Source: Spirochaetae bacterium HGW-Spirochaetae-3
GTDB taxonomy: Bacteria; Spirochaetota; Spirochaetia; Treponematales; UBA12059
NCBI GenBank assembly: GCA_002839315.1
Contig: PGXV01000009.1
Span: 130,202-194,201 of the forward strand
Direction of reading: 5' to 3'
Length of the DNA: 64,000 bases
This document shows, piece by piece, positions 39,270 through 49,382 of the stretch (positions are counted from its first letter, which is position 1; every line of letters starts with the position of its first letter). The translations under genes were made by a program, and so were the position numbers. The notes under the pieces are model-generated. The model saw only the letters and a list, made by a program, of their open reading frames with translations. It did no database searches and was not told the origin of the DNA.

Positions 39270-40077
39270 TCGCGTCGTCAGGATCGTAGTCGCGTACGAC
39301 GGGACCGACTTCTGCGGATGGCAGCGGCAGGCCGGGGCGCGGACCGTGCAGCAGGAGATAGAGTCGGCTCTCGCCAGGATGCACGGCCACCCCGTGCCTA
39401 TCGTGGGCGCCGGTCGCACCGACTCCGGGGTGCACGCCGCGGGCCAGGTCGCCCACTTCGTCACCGATATCGCGAGCATCCCGGCCGACCGCTTCGAGCC
39501 GGCGCTTAACAGGCTGATGCCGAGGGACGTCCGCATCGTCCGCGCGGCCGACGCCCATCCGGATTTCCACGCCCGCTTCGACGCGCGGCTGCGCCGCTAC
39601 AAGTACTATATCCGCGTCGGGCCGGCCCAGCTGCCGCACCTCGACCGCTACGCGTGGCACGTATTCAGGCGACCCGATCTCGCGAGGCTCAACCGCCTGG
39701 CGGCATGCCTCCGCGGCGAGATCGACTGCGAGGCGTTCGCCGCCGCGAAGGATCCGAGCGAGAACCGTTTCCGGTACCTGCATCACGCCGCGTTCTACGT
39801 CGAAGGCGACGCCATCGTCTTCGATATAGCCGCCAACGCGTTCCTGTGGCGCATGGTACGGTCGCTCGTCGGGACGCTGGTGGAGCTGGACGCGTCCGGG
39901 GCGCCCGAGACGGCGATGCGCGATATACTGGAATCGCGAGAACGGGGCCGCGCGGGCGTTACCGCGCCGGCCCGCGGCTTGTTCCTGTGGAACGTGGAGT
40001 ATTACGACCCGCCTACGGGGTCGCGCCGCCGGTCCGACGAGGCGACGGCGGCTATGGAGGAACCTGATGATGAATAG
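39262..40077 (+). CDS. truA: tRNA pseudouridine(38-40) synthase
   Basis: YDGTDFCGWQRQ, GRTDSGVHA, FHARF, FLWRMVR. Confidence 0.97.
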   Translation: MSDRVVRIVVAYDGTDFCGWQRQAGARTVQQEIESALARMHGHPVPIVGAGRTDSGVHAAGQVAHFVTDIASIPADRFEPALNRLMPRDVRIVRAADAHPDFHARFDARLRRYKYYIRVGPAQLPHLDRYAWHVFRRPDLARLNRLAACLRGEIDCEAFAAAKDPSENRFRYLHHAAFYVEGDAIVFDIAANAFLWRMVRSLVGTLVELDASGAPETAMRDILESRERGRAGVTAPARGLFLWNVEYYDPPTGSRRRSDEATAAMEEPDDE

Positions 40078-40948
40078 GCGCTCGCTTATGTCGGCCCTCG
40101 CCGTCGTAGCCCTCTCGGCGCTCGGAGCCTCGTGCTCGCGCGCTGAGTACGCCGAGGCGGCGGCGTTCGGGGACGCCGCGCCGGCGTCGATGAAGTCGGC
40201 GGCTCGGGACGCCGGCCCCGCCCGCGGCGAGGCCGTCCCGGCCGACGCCGGCCGCAAGCTGGTATACCGCGCCGACATGACCGTGGAGGTCGACGACCCG
40301 GCCGTGGCGGAGGCCGCCGCGGTCGCGGCGGTCAAGGAGGCCGGCGGCTACGTTTCCGTGCGCCGCGACGAGGCCGATTCCGCGTACCTGGAGCTCCGGG
40401 TGCCTGTCGCCTCGCTCGAAGCGCTGATGGACGCCTTCGCCGGCGCCGGCAAGACGCGTTCTCGCTCGGTGTCCGCGGAGGACGTCACCGACTCCTATTT
40501 CGACCTGGACGGGCGGCTCCGCAACAAGCGCCTCCTCGAGGAACGGTACCGCGACTACCTGCGCAAGGCGCAGAGCGTCGAGGACATGCTCGCCGTCGAG
40601 GCGCGGCTGTCGGAGACCACGAACGACATAGAGCGCCTCGAGGGCGCCTTCCGCGACCTCGGCGATCGCATAGACCTCGCGACGCTGTCCCTGTCCATCA
40701 GGGCGGCGAGATCGGCCGACCCGTCGCGGCCCACCCTGGGCGAGTCGCTCGGGCGCCTGTTCGATGGCGTAGCCGACGCGTTCCGCGTCGCTGTAGTCGC
40801 GCTCGTGGGCCTCGTCGTCTACGGCGTGCCCGCCGCGCTGGCGCTAGCGGCGCTGTGGTGGCTGGCGTTCGGGCGGCTAGGCCTCGTACGCAGGCTGTTC
40901 TCCCTGGTACGGGCCGGGACCGCCCGGAAGGCCGGCTCCGGTGATTGA
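40067..40948 (+). CDS. DUF4349-like lipoprotein
   Basis: Lipobox LGASC; LRVP, EDVT..Y.DL..RL; coiled coil; C-terminal TM helix. Confidence 0.8.
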   Translation: MMNRRSLMSALAVVALSALGASCSRAEYAEAAAFGDAAPASMKSAARDAGPARGEAVPADAGRKLVYRADMTVEVDDPAVAEAAAVAAVKEAGGYVSVRRDEADSAYLELRVPVASLEALMDAFAGAGKTRSRSVSAEDVTDSYFDLDGRLRNKRLLEERYRDYLRKAQSVEDMLAVEARLSETTNDIERLEGAFRDLGDRIDLATLSLSIRAARSADPSRPTLGESLGRLFDGVADAFRVAVVALVGLVVYGVPAALALAALWWLAFGRLGLVRRLFSLVRAGTARKAGSGD

Positions 40949-41666
40949 CGGCGAGCGAACGGCGGCGGCCGCGCGTAGACGGGTCGCCGCCGTGCTCTTC
41001 GACATGGACGGGACCCTGCTCGACTCCGAGCCGGCGTACTACGCGAGCGACCGCGACTTCCTCGCGGGATACGGCATCGACTATACCGAGGAGCTGAACG
41101 CGTCGTTTACCGGGCGCGGCGCGTACGAGATGATGCGCGCGCTCGAACGGATGTATCCCGATAGTCCGATACGCGCCCTTTCCCTGGAGGAGCGTATCAG
41201 GATGAAGGACGAAGCGTACGCGCGCTACGCGCCGTCCCGGGTCAAGGCGTTCCCCGCCGTCGAGGCGTTCGCCCGTGAGTTGTCGCGCCGCGGCGTCGGA
41301 TTGGCGATAGCGTCGGGCTCGTCCCCCGAGGTGATAGAGCTGATGATCAGGGGCAACGGCTTGGACGGGCTGTTCGCCGTTCGCGTGTCTTCCGCCGAGG
41401 TGCCCCGAGGCAAGCCCGAGCCCGACGTGTTCCTCGAGGCGGCGAGGCGACTGGGCGTCGAGCCGGGCTCGTGCCTCGTGCTCGAGGACTCCCGCTACGG
41501 CGTCGCGGCGGCCAGGGCCGCCGGCATGTCCTGCATAGCCCTGCCCGTCGCCGGGTCGCGGGCTATGGAGGAATTCGGATCGGCGGATATCGTCGTCGAG
41601 GGCGGCGCCGTCGCCTTCGATCCGGAGGCGGCGCTGCGCGCGTTCGACTGGGAGCGGAGGGCCTAG
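40941..41666 (+). CDS. HAD-family phosphatase
   Basis: FDMDGTLLDSE, KPEPDVF, EDS..GV.AA. Confidence 0.93.
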   Translation: MIDGERTAAAARRRVAAVLFDMDGTLLDSEPAYYASDRDFLAGYGIDYTEELNASFTGRGAYEMMRALERMYPDSPIRALSLEERIRMKDEAYARYAPSRVKAFPAVEAFARELSRRGVGLAIASGSSPEVIELMIRGNGLDGLFAVRVSSAEVPRGKPEPDVFLEAARRLGVEPGSCLVLEDSRYGVAAARAAGMSCIALPVAGSRAMEEFGSADIVVEGGAVAFDPEAALRAFDWERRA

Positions 41667-42109
41667 GTCCGGACGCCCGAGGCGCCGATCAGCGCGTCGT
41701 TGGTCTCCCTGAAGCGCGTTACGACGATAGGCAGTATGGATATAGCGACCTCGGGGTGGGCCTTCATGAAGGACGTGAACTCCCAGGACGCCAGCACGAG
41801 GCACTTCGTCGCCTCGGTGGCGGTGACGGTGGCCGTGCGCTTGGCGCCGTCCAGCACCGCGAACTCGCCCATCACGTCGCCGGGGCCGTTCGAGGCTATC
41901 TCCACGGACTTCCCCGAGGCGTTCGTCTTCTCGATCTTTACCTTGCCGGAGAGGATGATGAAGAGGCCTATGCCGTCTTCTCCCTGCCTCATCAGCTGGT
42001 CTCCCGCCTTGAAATCCCTCTCGGTGCAGATCTGGGCGATTCCCTTGATATATTTCGCCTCGAGGTTCGAGAACAGGCTTACCTTGGCGAGTTCGTTTTC
42101 GTAGCTCAT
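41663..42109 (-). CDS. Stand-alone cyclic nucleotide-binding domain protein
   Basis: LFIILSGKV, GE.AVLDG..RTATV.A. Confidence 0.9.
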   Translation of the reverse strand: MSYENELAKVSLFSNLEAKYIKGIAQICTERDFKAGDQLMRQGEDGIGLFIILSGKVKIEKTNASGKSVEIASNGPGDVMGEFAVLDGAKRTATVTATEATKCLVLASWEFTSFMKAHPEVAISILPIVVTRFRETNDALIGASGVRT

Positions 42110-42218
42110 GCGGTTCCTCCGTTTTTATCGCCGGACATAGCCGCCGGCGTCAGTCCAAGATACGACGTAGGCGGCGAACCGTCAATAAAAAGAGCCCCGG
42201 CGAGGCGGGACTAATCGC

Positions 42219-43145
42219 CTATGAGCGGTTCTTTCCGCGAGCCGGAGAGGCGTTGGGGACGGGAAGAGCCGGTCTTGGCAGGACGGTCATCGTCGGATAC
42301 GCGAACTCGATGCCCTCGGCGTCGAAGCGCTTCTTCACGGCTATGTACATGTCGTTGTTGCCGTCGAACCACTCGGCCGTGGCGAACCAGACGCCGAAGA
42401 ACAGGCCGATGCCGCTGTCCTTGAAACCGGTCATCATGAATACCGGCTCGGGATTCCTGAGCGCGTTCGGATCCTCGGCCGCGACGTCCATGAGTATGGC
42501 CCTCGCGCGCTCGACGTCGGTGTCGTAGGTCACGAGTATATCCATGTTGAGCCGACGTACCGGGAAGCGCGTGATGTTCGACACGTTGGACTTGATGAGC
42601 GTCTCGTTGGGTATGCGTATCAGCTGGTTGTCGAAGGTCCGCAGCTTCACCGACATCGCGTCGATGGAATAGACGAGGCCCGTTTTTCCGTCGACGTTGA
42701 TGACGTCGCCGTGCGTGAAGGTCTTCTCGGAAACGATGAAGAAGCCGCTTATGAAATTCGACACCGAGGTCTGGGCGGCGAAGCCGATCGCGATGCCGGC
42801 TATGCCCGCGGCGCCCAGCAGCGCCGAGAGGTTGACGTCGGCGGCCTCGAGGGTGCTGATTATGATGAACGCGAATCCCAGGTACTGGGCGACCTTGATG
42901 ACGAGCCCCCCGGTCCTGGGGTCCGTCCGCTTCTTTATCAGGCGCTTGAGCACGGTAATGACGAGACCGACGAGGATGAGGCCCAGGACGAAGGCGAGCG
43001 CTACGCGCGCGGCCTTGATGGCGGCGTCGACGGTGAACAGGCTGTCGAAGATGGCGTTCTTCGGGATGATCTCCCCGAGCCTGGACGAGAACGGGGTCGC
43101 TTCGGTCCTTGCCGCGGTCTCGGCGGCGACGGTGCTAGGGTCCAT
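42219..43145 (-). CDS. MscS-family mechanosensitive channel
   Basis: GIAGIAIGFAAQ..VSNFISG, IPN, GIEFAYP. Confidence 0.92.
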   Translation of the reverse strand: MDPSTVAAETAARTEATPFSSRLGEIIPKNAIFDSLFTVDAAIKAARVALAFVLGLILVGLVITVLKRLIKKRTDPRTGGLVIKVAQYLGFAFIIISTLEAADVNLSALLGAAGIAGIAIGFAAQTSVSNFISGFFIVSEKTFTHGDVINVDGKTGLVYSIDAMSVKLRTFDNQLIRIPNETLIKSNVSNITRFPVRRLNMDILVTYDTDVERARAILMDVAAEDPNALRNPEPVFMMTGFKDSGIGLFFGVWFATAEWFDGNNDMYIAVKKRFDAEGIEFAYPTMTVLPRPALPVPNASPARGKNRS

Positions 43146-43146
43146 G

Positions 43147-43947
43147 TCAGATCCTCGTTATGGTCTTGAACAGCTCGAAGGAGCGTTCTATGAAGCGTTC
43201 CTCCCCGGAGACCGACGGCTTGGCGACGGTCCTCGCCCCCCGGGGCAGGGGAGCCTGTCCGTCGAGGCTCATGCGGACGCCCGAGGAGCTGAACGCGAAC
43301 AGGAGCTTCTCGCTCTGCAGCATCGACTCGACGCCGAAGATGGAGAGCTGCTCGCCGTATATGCACAGGTCGCTGACCACGACGGGCGTCGCCGACACGT
43401 TCTTCAGCCGTACCGGATGCGCGACGAACCGGGGATCGGCGTGGAGCGACGAGACGATGGGCTCGGCCGTCGCGAGGAACTCCGCCTCGTCGTACCTGCA
43501 GACGACGCCTGCGTCGGGCGGGCCGTACAGCGTCTTGGCCGGCCGCGTGAGCGGGTAGGATACGACCGAGGTATCTCCTACCCGTATGCAGGCCTCTATG
43601 CGCGAGAATATCCAGCCCTCGAGCGTAGACCCCGGAGGCAGCGAGAATGGGTCCTTGAGCCGGACGCAGGTAGGGATGGGCGGATAGGCGGGCACGATCT
43701 CGTAGTCGCCCCTGCTGCCCATGTAGAATCGGGTCCACGCCCGATCCGAAAGGGACGGCAGCGCCAGGTTGGCCGGGATCCGGGGCTTCTTCCTGGTCTC
43801 CGTAGGGCGGTCGGGATAGATAGGCAGGGCCGCGAGGATATCTCCGTCGCCCGCCATGTCGACGGCTATGCATATGCGCATGTCGCCGAACTGGTGCAGG
43901 CGGGTTCCTTCGTTCCTGGGCAGATCCCACCGTTTCCACGTTATCAT
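43147..43947 (-). CDS. DUF432-like hypothetical protein
   Basis: TLYGPP..GVVCRY motif; coupled to mscS. Confidence 0.6.
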   Translation of the reverse strand: MITWKRWDLPRNEGTRLHQFGDMRICIAVDMAGDGDILAALPIYPDRPTETRKKPRIPANLALPSLSDRAWTRFYMGSRGDYEIVPAYPPIPTCVRLKDPFSLPPGSTLEGWIFSRIEACIRVGDTSVVSYPLTRPAKTLYGPPDAGVVCRYDEAEFLATAEPIVSSLHADPRFVAHPVRLKNVSATPVVVSDLCIYGEQLSIFGVESMLQSEKLLFAFSSSGVRMSLDGQAPLPRGARTVAKPSVSGEERFIERSFELFKTITRI

Positions 43948-44083
43948 GATCGCTCCCTACGCGCTTCGATTGTACCGTCCCCGCATTATCCGTATACTAC
44001 TGGCGGCCCCGAGGGCGGTCCGCTCCTCGTAGCCAGTATAGACGTTCTGGACGCAGGGGTAAAGCGTACCCCGGAAAAGGCCT

Positions 44084-45010
44084 ATGGAGCGGGTAGAGGG
44101 CACGGTGCAGGCTAAGGGAGCCGTCAGGTTCGACAAGTACGTCTCCGAGGAGATGCGGCTGCTCACGAGGAGCCAGCTCAAGGCCAGGCTCGTCGCGCTG
44201 AGCGTGAACGGCAAGGCCGCCAAGCCGTCCCGGCTCGTGAGCGAAGGCGACCGGTTCGTGGCGGAGCTCCGCGACGAGGAGGACCGTAGCTCGGCGTCGT
44301 TGCCCGAGGCTATACCCCTGTCGGTGCTGTACGAGGACGAGTACGTCATCGTCATGGACAAGCCGCAGGGCATGGTCGTCCATCCGGCCCACGGCAACTG
44401 GTCGGGTACGCTCGCGAACGCGCTGCTCGGCAGGTTCGCGGCCGGTGGGCTCGCCGCGCCATCCAGGGCGGGCATAGTACACAGGCTCGACAAGGATACG
44501 TCAGGCGTCATCATCGCTGGAAAGACCGCCGCCGCGCAGGAATTCCTCTCGGCCCAGTTCCGCGGCAGGACGACGGTGAAAACGTACGTAGCCATAGTCA
44601 GGCGCGCGCCCAAGGCCGACTCGGGGCGGATCGACGGGTGGCTCGCCCGCGATCCCAAGGACCGCAAGCGGTTCGCGCCGTCCGAGGAAGGCGCGGGCAA
44701 GCGCGCGATAAGCGAATGGCGGGTCGTCGCCAAGGCGGGCGGCTACTCCGTGCTGGCGCTGGGATTGCGGACGGGCCGTACCCATCAGCTGCGCGTCCAT
44801 TGCAAGGCGCTAGGCTGCCCGATACTGGGCGACCCTATCTACGGCGAGAAGGACGGCCGGTTCCCGGACGCGACGCTGATGCTCCACGCGCTGGAGCTTC
44901 GCATACGGCTGCCGGGAGCGGAGGCCGAGTCTTCGTTCAGGGCTCCGATCCCCGGGCGGTTCCTGGCTATCGCCTCGGCGCTCGGGATGGAGCCCTTCCC
45001 GTCGGTCTAG
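44084..45010 (+). CDS. RluD-like pseudouridine synthase
   Basis: S4-like N-terminus, KPQGMVVHP, HRLDKDTSG, TGRTHQLRVH, GDPIYG. Confidence 0.93.
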   Translation: MERVEGTVQAKGAVRFDKYVSEEMRLLTRSQLKARLVALSVNGKAAKPSRLVSEGDRFVAELRDEEDRSSASLPEAIPLSVLYEDEYVIVMDKPQGMVVHPAHGNWSGTLANALLGRFAAGGLAAPSRAGIVHRLDKDTSGVIIAGKTAAAQEFLSAQFRGRTTVKTYVAIVRRAPKADSGRIDGWLARDPKDRKRFAPSEEGAGKRAISEWRVVAKAGGYSVLALGLRTGRTHQLRVHCKALGCPILGDPIYGEKDGRFPDATLMLHALELRIRLPGAEAESSFRAPIPGRFLAIASALGMEPFPSV

Positions 45011-45282
45011 TAGCGCCGGGGATCGGAATCCCGCGGTTTTTCCTGCGCTTCGTTGACCCTGAGCTTGCGGCCCTCGAAATCCTGTCCGTCGAGCTTCCCG
45101 ATGGCCGCCATAGCCGCCTCGTCGCTGTCCATCTCTACGAATCCGAAGCCCTTGGCCCGTCCGGTCGCGCGATCCATGATGACCGCGACCGAGTCGACGA
45201 CGCCGAATTGCCCGAACAGTTCCCGGAGGCTGTCCTCCGTCGTCGCGTAATTCATGTTCCCGACATAGATTTTCTTGGACAT
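45007..45282 (-). CDS. RRM RNA-binding protein
   Basis: IYVGNM (RNP2), KGFGFVEM (RNP1), LRVNEA. Confidence 0.95.
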   Translation of the reverse strand: MSKKIYVGNMNYATTEDSLRELFGQFGVVDSVAVIMDRATGRAKGFGFVEMDSDEAAMAAIGKLDGQDFEGRKLRVNEAQEKPRDSDPRRY

Positions 45283-45471
45283 AGTGAAGTCTCCGTGCGT
45301 CGGCTCGCTGGCCGTGTTATATCGCGACCCGCCGATGCGGATCGATGACCGCCGACTCCGGGATCGGAGGTCGACGATTCAAGACGATGATAATACGCGG
45401 CTTCCCAGCCGTCAACGACGATCGGCGGCTATCTATGCCGCCCGTGCCGAGGCGTTCTCCGACATGTTTTC

Positions 45472-45499
45472 TTGACAAAGACCATCCGTTCACTATAAT
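45472..45499 (+). promoter_or_regulatory. Sigma-70 promoter of rny
   Basis: TTGACA-N16-TATAAT; AGGAGG RBS. Confidence 0.8.
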
Positions 45500-45532
45500 G
45501 ATGCTGATATTCTATTAAAACAGGAGGATAGG

Positions 45533-47059
45533 ATGGCTATACTGTACATAGCCCTTCCTCTTGCCGGTCTTTTCCTGGGATGGATGATCCGCTGGCTTTA
45601 CGCCAGATTTCAACTTACGGCCGCTGAGCAGAGGGCGGCGCGTATAACGCAAGAAGCGGTAAAACAGGCCGAGGCGCAGAAGCGCGAGATACTGCTCGAG
45701 GCCAAAGATCAGCTCATCAGGGAGAGAAACCAGCAAGAGCGGGATACCCGCGAACGAAGAGCGGAGATTCAGCGTTACGAACGCCGTCTCGTCCAAAAAG
45801 AAGAGAACCTGGACAAGAAGGTAGAGACTCTCGAGAAGCAGGAAGAGGCCTTGGATGAGCGTAACAAGGTCATAGGCGCCAAGGAAGAATTCCTTTCGGG
45901 CCAAGAGGAACGCTATCGCAAGGAACTCGAACGCATATCCGGACTCAGCCCGGAAGAAGCCAAGCGACTCATCATCCAGGGGCTCGAGAACGAGGCCCGC
46001 CATGACGCGCAGGCGTTGCTGAACAAGATCGAGCAGGAAGCGCAGACGGGCGCCGAGAAGCGTACGCGCGATATCCTCGTTACGACGATGCAGCGCCTGG
46101 CCGCCGACGTCACCGCCGAGGTGACCGTGACCAGCGTGGCGTTGCCCGGCGACGAGATGAAAGGACGCATCATCGGTCGAGAGGGCCGCAATATCCGCAC
46201 CCTCGAGACCCTGACCGGCGTCGACGTGATCATAGACGACACGCCCGAGGCCGTCGTCATCTCGTGCTTCGACCCCGTGCGGAGGGAGATCGCCCGCGTA
46301 TCGCTCGAGCGCCTCATCGTCGACGGTCGCATACACCCGGCCCGCATCGAGGAAGTCGTCCAGAAGGTCAGCCGCGAGATATCGCAGAGGATCTACGAGG
46401 AGGGCGAGAAGGTCGTCTTCGACCTGGGCCTCCACAACATGAACCCGGAGCTTATACGGGCTCTCGGGCGGTTGCATTTCCGCACCAGCTACGGCCAGAA
46501 CGTGCTGTCGCACTCCAAGGAAGTGGCCGTCATCGCGGGCATGCTCGCGGCCGAGATCGGCGCCAACAGGGATCTCGCCAAGCGCGGCGCCCTGCTGCAC
46601 GATATCGGCAAGGGCATAGAGACCGACTCCGACCAGAACCACGCCGAGGTCGGCATGGACCTGGCCCGCAAGCTCGGCGAGGATCCCCGCGTCGTCAACG
46701 CGATCGGGTCCCACCACGCCGATATCGAGCCGATCTGCCTCGAGAGCGTGCTGTGCCAGATCGCCGACGCCATATCCGCCGCGAGGCCGGGAGCCAGGCG
46801 GGAGACGCTCGATAACTACGTGAAGCGCCTCGAGAGCCTCGAGAGCATCGCGGAGAGCTTCTCCGGCGTCGACAAGGCGTTCGCCATCCAGGCCGGGCGT
46901 GAACTGCGCATCATGGTCAACAACGAGAAGGTATCGGACGAAGACGCCAAGGAACTCGGCAAATCCATCGCCAAGAAGATAGAGACCGACATGCGCTATC
47001 CGGGCAGGATCAAGGTAACGATCATCCGCGAGACGCGGATCGTCGAGTACGCGAGATAA
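45533..47059 (+). CDS. rny: Ribonuclease Y
   Basis: TM helix, coiled coil, KH (KGRIIGREGRNIR), HD (LLHDIGK), RPGARRE. Confidence 0.97.
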   Translation: MAILYIALPLAGLFLGWMIRWLYARFQLTAAEQRAARITQEAVKQAEAQKREILLEAKDQLIRERNQQERDTRERRAEIQRYERRLVQKEENLDKKVETLEKQEEALDERNKVIGAKEEFLSGQEERYRKELERISGLSPEEAKRLIIQGLENEARHDAQALLNKIEQEAQTGAEKRTRDILVTTMQRLAADVTAEVTVTSVALPGDEMKGRIIGREGRNIRTLETLTGVDVIIDDTPEAVVISCFDPVRREIARVSLERLIVDGRIHPARIEEVVQKVSREISQRIYEEGEKVVFDLGLHNMNPELIRALGRLHFRTSYGQNVLSHSKEVAVIAGMLAAEIGANRDLAKRGALLHDIGKGIETDSDQNHAEVGMDLARKLGEDPRVVNAIGSHHADIEPICLESVLCQIADAISAARPGARRETLDNYVKRLESLESIAESFSGVDKAFAIQAGRELRIMVNNEKVSDEDAKELGKSIAKKIETDMRYPGRIKVTIIRETRIVEYAR

Positions 47060-47080
47060 GCGTATTTCCGCATACGATAC

Positions 47081-47109
47081 GGGCCGCCCTCCTGGGCGGC
47101 CTTTTTTTT
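47081..47109 (+). terminator. Intrinsic terminator of rny
   Basis: GGCCGCCC-loop-GGGCGGCC followed by T8. Confidence 0.85.
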
Positions 47110-47119
47110 CGCCCGCCGG

Positions 47120-47157
47120 GCGCCAGGCGCGTCTTGCGCCAGGCGCGTCTTGCGCCA
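47120..47157. repeat. 16-bp tandem repeat x2.4
   Basis: GCGCCAGGCGCGTCTT x2 plus GCGCCA. Confidence 0.8.
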
Positions 47158-47201
47158 CCCTACCCGGCGCGGATAGGATAGGGGCGGAAGGCGGATAATC
47201 G

Positions 47202-47978
47202 ATGGCGAAGGTTTTCAGGGTCCTGATGCTCGGGGACGTGATAGGCGATTCCGGCATCAAGGCCATCCGCGAGCGATTGCCGTCGCTGGCGCGGGAACGG
47301 CGGGCCGATCTGGTCGTGGCCAACGGCGAGAACGCCGCGGGAGGCTTCGGCCTGACCGCGGAGAACGCCGACGCGCTGTTCTCGGCCGGCGTCGACGTCA
47401 TAACGAGCGGCAACCATATATGGGAGAAAAAGGGCGCCTCCGAGCTGCTCGACGGCGGACGGCGCGTACTCCGACCGGCCAACTACCCCGCGATGGCCGC
47501 CGGACGCGGCGTAGCGGAGCTGGAGAAGGGCGGCGCCCGTTGGGCCGTCGTCAACCTGCAGGGGCGCGAGGGCATGAGCCCCATAGACTCGCCGTTCGCC
47601 AGGGCGGACGAACTGATCGCGGCGCTGCCCGCGGGTAGCCTGGTCGTCGTCGATTTCCACGCCGAGTCCTTCCCGGAGAAGGAGGCGTTGGCGCTGTACC
47701 TTGACGGCCGCGTCTCGGCCTTCGCCGGTACGCATACCCACGTACAGACCGCCGACGAGAGGATCCTGCCGGCCGGGACGGGGTATATCGGCGACCTGGG
47801 CATGTCCGGGCCGACGGATTCGGTGATAGGCGTCAACGTCGACATATGCCTGCGGCGCAACCTCAGCCAGATGCCCCTGAAGATGGAAGTAGCCGAGGGC
47901 GATTCCGTCATCTCCGGCGCGCTTTTCGAAATAGGCGAAGACGGCCGCTGCGTAGCGATCGCGCGCGTTACGGCCTGA
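47202..47978 (+). CDS. YmdB / TIGR00282 metallophosphoesterase
   Basis: GDVIG, NGENAAGG, SGNH, DFHAE, GTHTHVQTAD; follows rny. Confidence 0.93.
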   Translation: MAKVFRVLMLGDVIGDSGIKAIRERLPSLARERRADLVVANGENAAGGFGLTAENADALFSAGVDVITSGNHIWEKKGASELLDGGRRVLRPANYPAMAAGRGVAELEKGGARWAVVNLQGREGMSPIDSPFARADELIAALPAGSLVVVDFHAESFPEKEALALYLDGRVSAFAGTHTHVQTADERILPAGTGYIGDLGMSGPTDSVIGVNVDICLRRNLSQMPLKMEVAEGDSVISGALFEIGEDGRCVAIARVTA

Positions 47979-47988
47979 CCGGGCGGGC

Positions 47989-48729
47989 TTACGGCCCGAG
48001 CCTCAGGTCGATAAGGGCGACCGTCGACGCGGCCGGGTCGAATCGATCGCGGTTCCACGACGCGTAGACGCCGAGCGCCGAGAAGCCGGCGGCCCCGGCC
48101 GCCGCGAGCGCCTCGTCTACGGTGAACGGCGTCAGGACCGTCTCACCGCGCTCGGGATTCTCGGCGCCGCCCGTTTCCGATAGCTCCGTCGCGAATACGA
48201 CCGAGCCGTCGTCCCCGTACCGGTACGACCGGCGGAAGAGCCACGATCCGGCACGGATGTCCGGCAGCGACGCGGGCCGCTCGGCGAGCAGCTTGGCGTA
48301 GTTGAGCATCTGTACGACGAGGCGCCCCTCCGGTTCCAACGTCTCGGCCGATCGAGAGAAGAACCCGCCGAGCTCCGATCGTCCGAGATGCGGAAGGGTA
48401 TTACCTACGCAGAGTATCATGGACGCGGAACCCGGAGGCGCCAGCCCGTCGACGTCCTGCATCGATCCCGTCGCGAACCGTATTCCCGCCAGGTCGCCGT
48501 GGCGCTCGTTAGCCGCCGCGATCATCGCGGCGGACGGGTCTACGCCGAGCGCCGACCACCCCGTCCCCGCCAGTAGCGCGACGTGCGCGCCGGTAGCGCA
48601 GCCGAGGTCTATGGCCAGCGCGGGGCGCCCGGCCCGCTTCGGCCGAGCGTAGCCGAAGAAGGCTTGCGCGGCCGGGGCCGGCGGAAAGAGTTCGTCATAG
48701 GCCGTAACGAGCGTTTCGTATATTCCCAT
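47989..48729 (-). CDS. Class I SAM-dependent methyltransferase
   Basis: DLGCATG, GVDPSAAMI, CVGNTLPH. Confidence 0.88.
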   Translation of the reverse strand: MGIYETLVTAYDELFPPAPAAQAFFGYARPKRAGRPALAIDLGCATGAHVALLAGTGWSALGVDPSAAMIAAANERHGDLAGIRFATGSMQDVDGLAPPGSASMILCVGNTLPHLGRSELGGFFSRSAETLEPEGRLVVQMLNYAKLLAERPASLPDIRAGSWLFRRSYRYGDDGSVVFATELSETGGAENPERGETVLTPFTVDEALAAAGAAGFSALGVYASWNRDRFDPAASTVALIDLRLGP

Positions 48730-49033
48730 GCTACAGAAGATACTTTGGAATGCGCGTCGCGCAAAACGGCGTGGCGACCTTGCATTCGGCTACGCCCCGA
48801 CTACACCATGCCCATGGCTCGAACGAGGAGGCGAGGCCCAAGGGCGAGGCCGAACCGCGGATTCCGTATGCGCTCTTGGGCGAAGGCGCTTAGAAGGGCG
48901 CCGCGGAGGGATATAATGCGATATAGCGAAAGGCGTTACCTGGGGTTCGCGACGGCGCTAGCCGCCGCTTCGGCCGTTCGCTTCAGTTTGACAAATCGGG
49001 CTTTCCGCGGGGATACTGGTCCCGGAGGCGCCC

Positions 49034-49381
49034 GTGAAATTACTCGTACTCGTGCTTAATGACGAGCGGCACATGGAAGGGGTCCTCGAGGCCTATATCG
49101 AGGCCGGCGTACCGGGAGCCACGATACTCGACTCGGAGGGCATGGGACGGTTCCTCGCCTACAAGGTTCCCCTCTTCGCCGATTTCAAGGAATTCATGAA
49201 GGGAAACAAACCGAAGAACAAGACTATCCTGGCGGTCGTGCGCGACGACGGCGTGCTCGATAGGCTGAGGCCGCTGATAGACGCCGTCATAGGCGGCCTG
49301 TCCGTTCCCGGCAACGGCATCATGTTCACGGTTCCGGTAGACTGGTTCGCGGGCCCCGAACGCGCCGTAGAGGAGGCATAG
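49034..49381 (+). CDS. P-II-like (GlnB-fold) protein
   Basis: GVPGATILDSEGMG, GNGIMFTVPV; TTGACA-N18-GATACT upstream. Confidence 0.75.
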   Translation: MKLLVLVLNDERHMEGVLEAYIEAGVPGATILDSEGMGRFLAYKVPLFADFKEFMKGNKPKNKTILAVVRDDGVLDRLRPLIDAVIGGLSVPGNGIMFTVPVDWFAGPERAVEEA

Positions 49382-49382
49382 C

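Noticed and set aside
33371-41666. dxs-folP-cdaA-cdaR-acpS-truA operon as a novel system
   Set aside because: It consists of recognisable housekeeping genes in an arrangement typical of spirochaetes.
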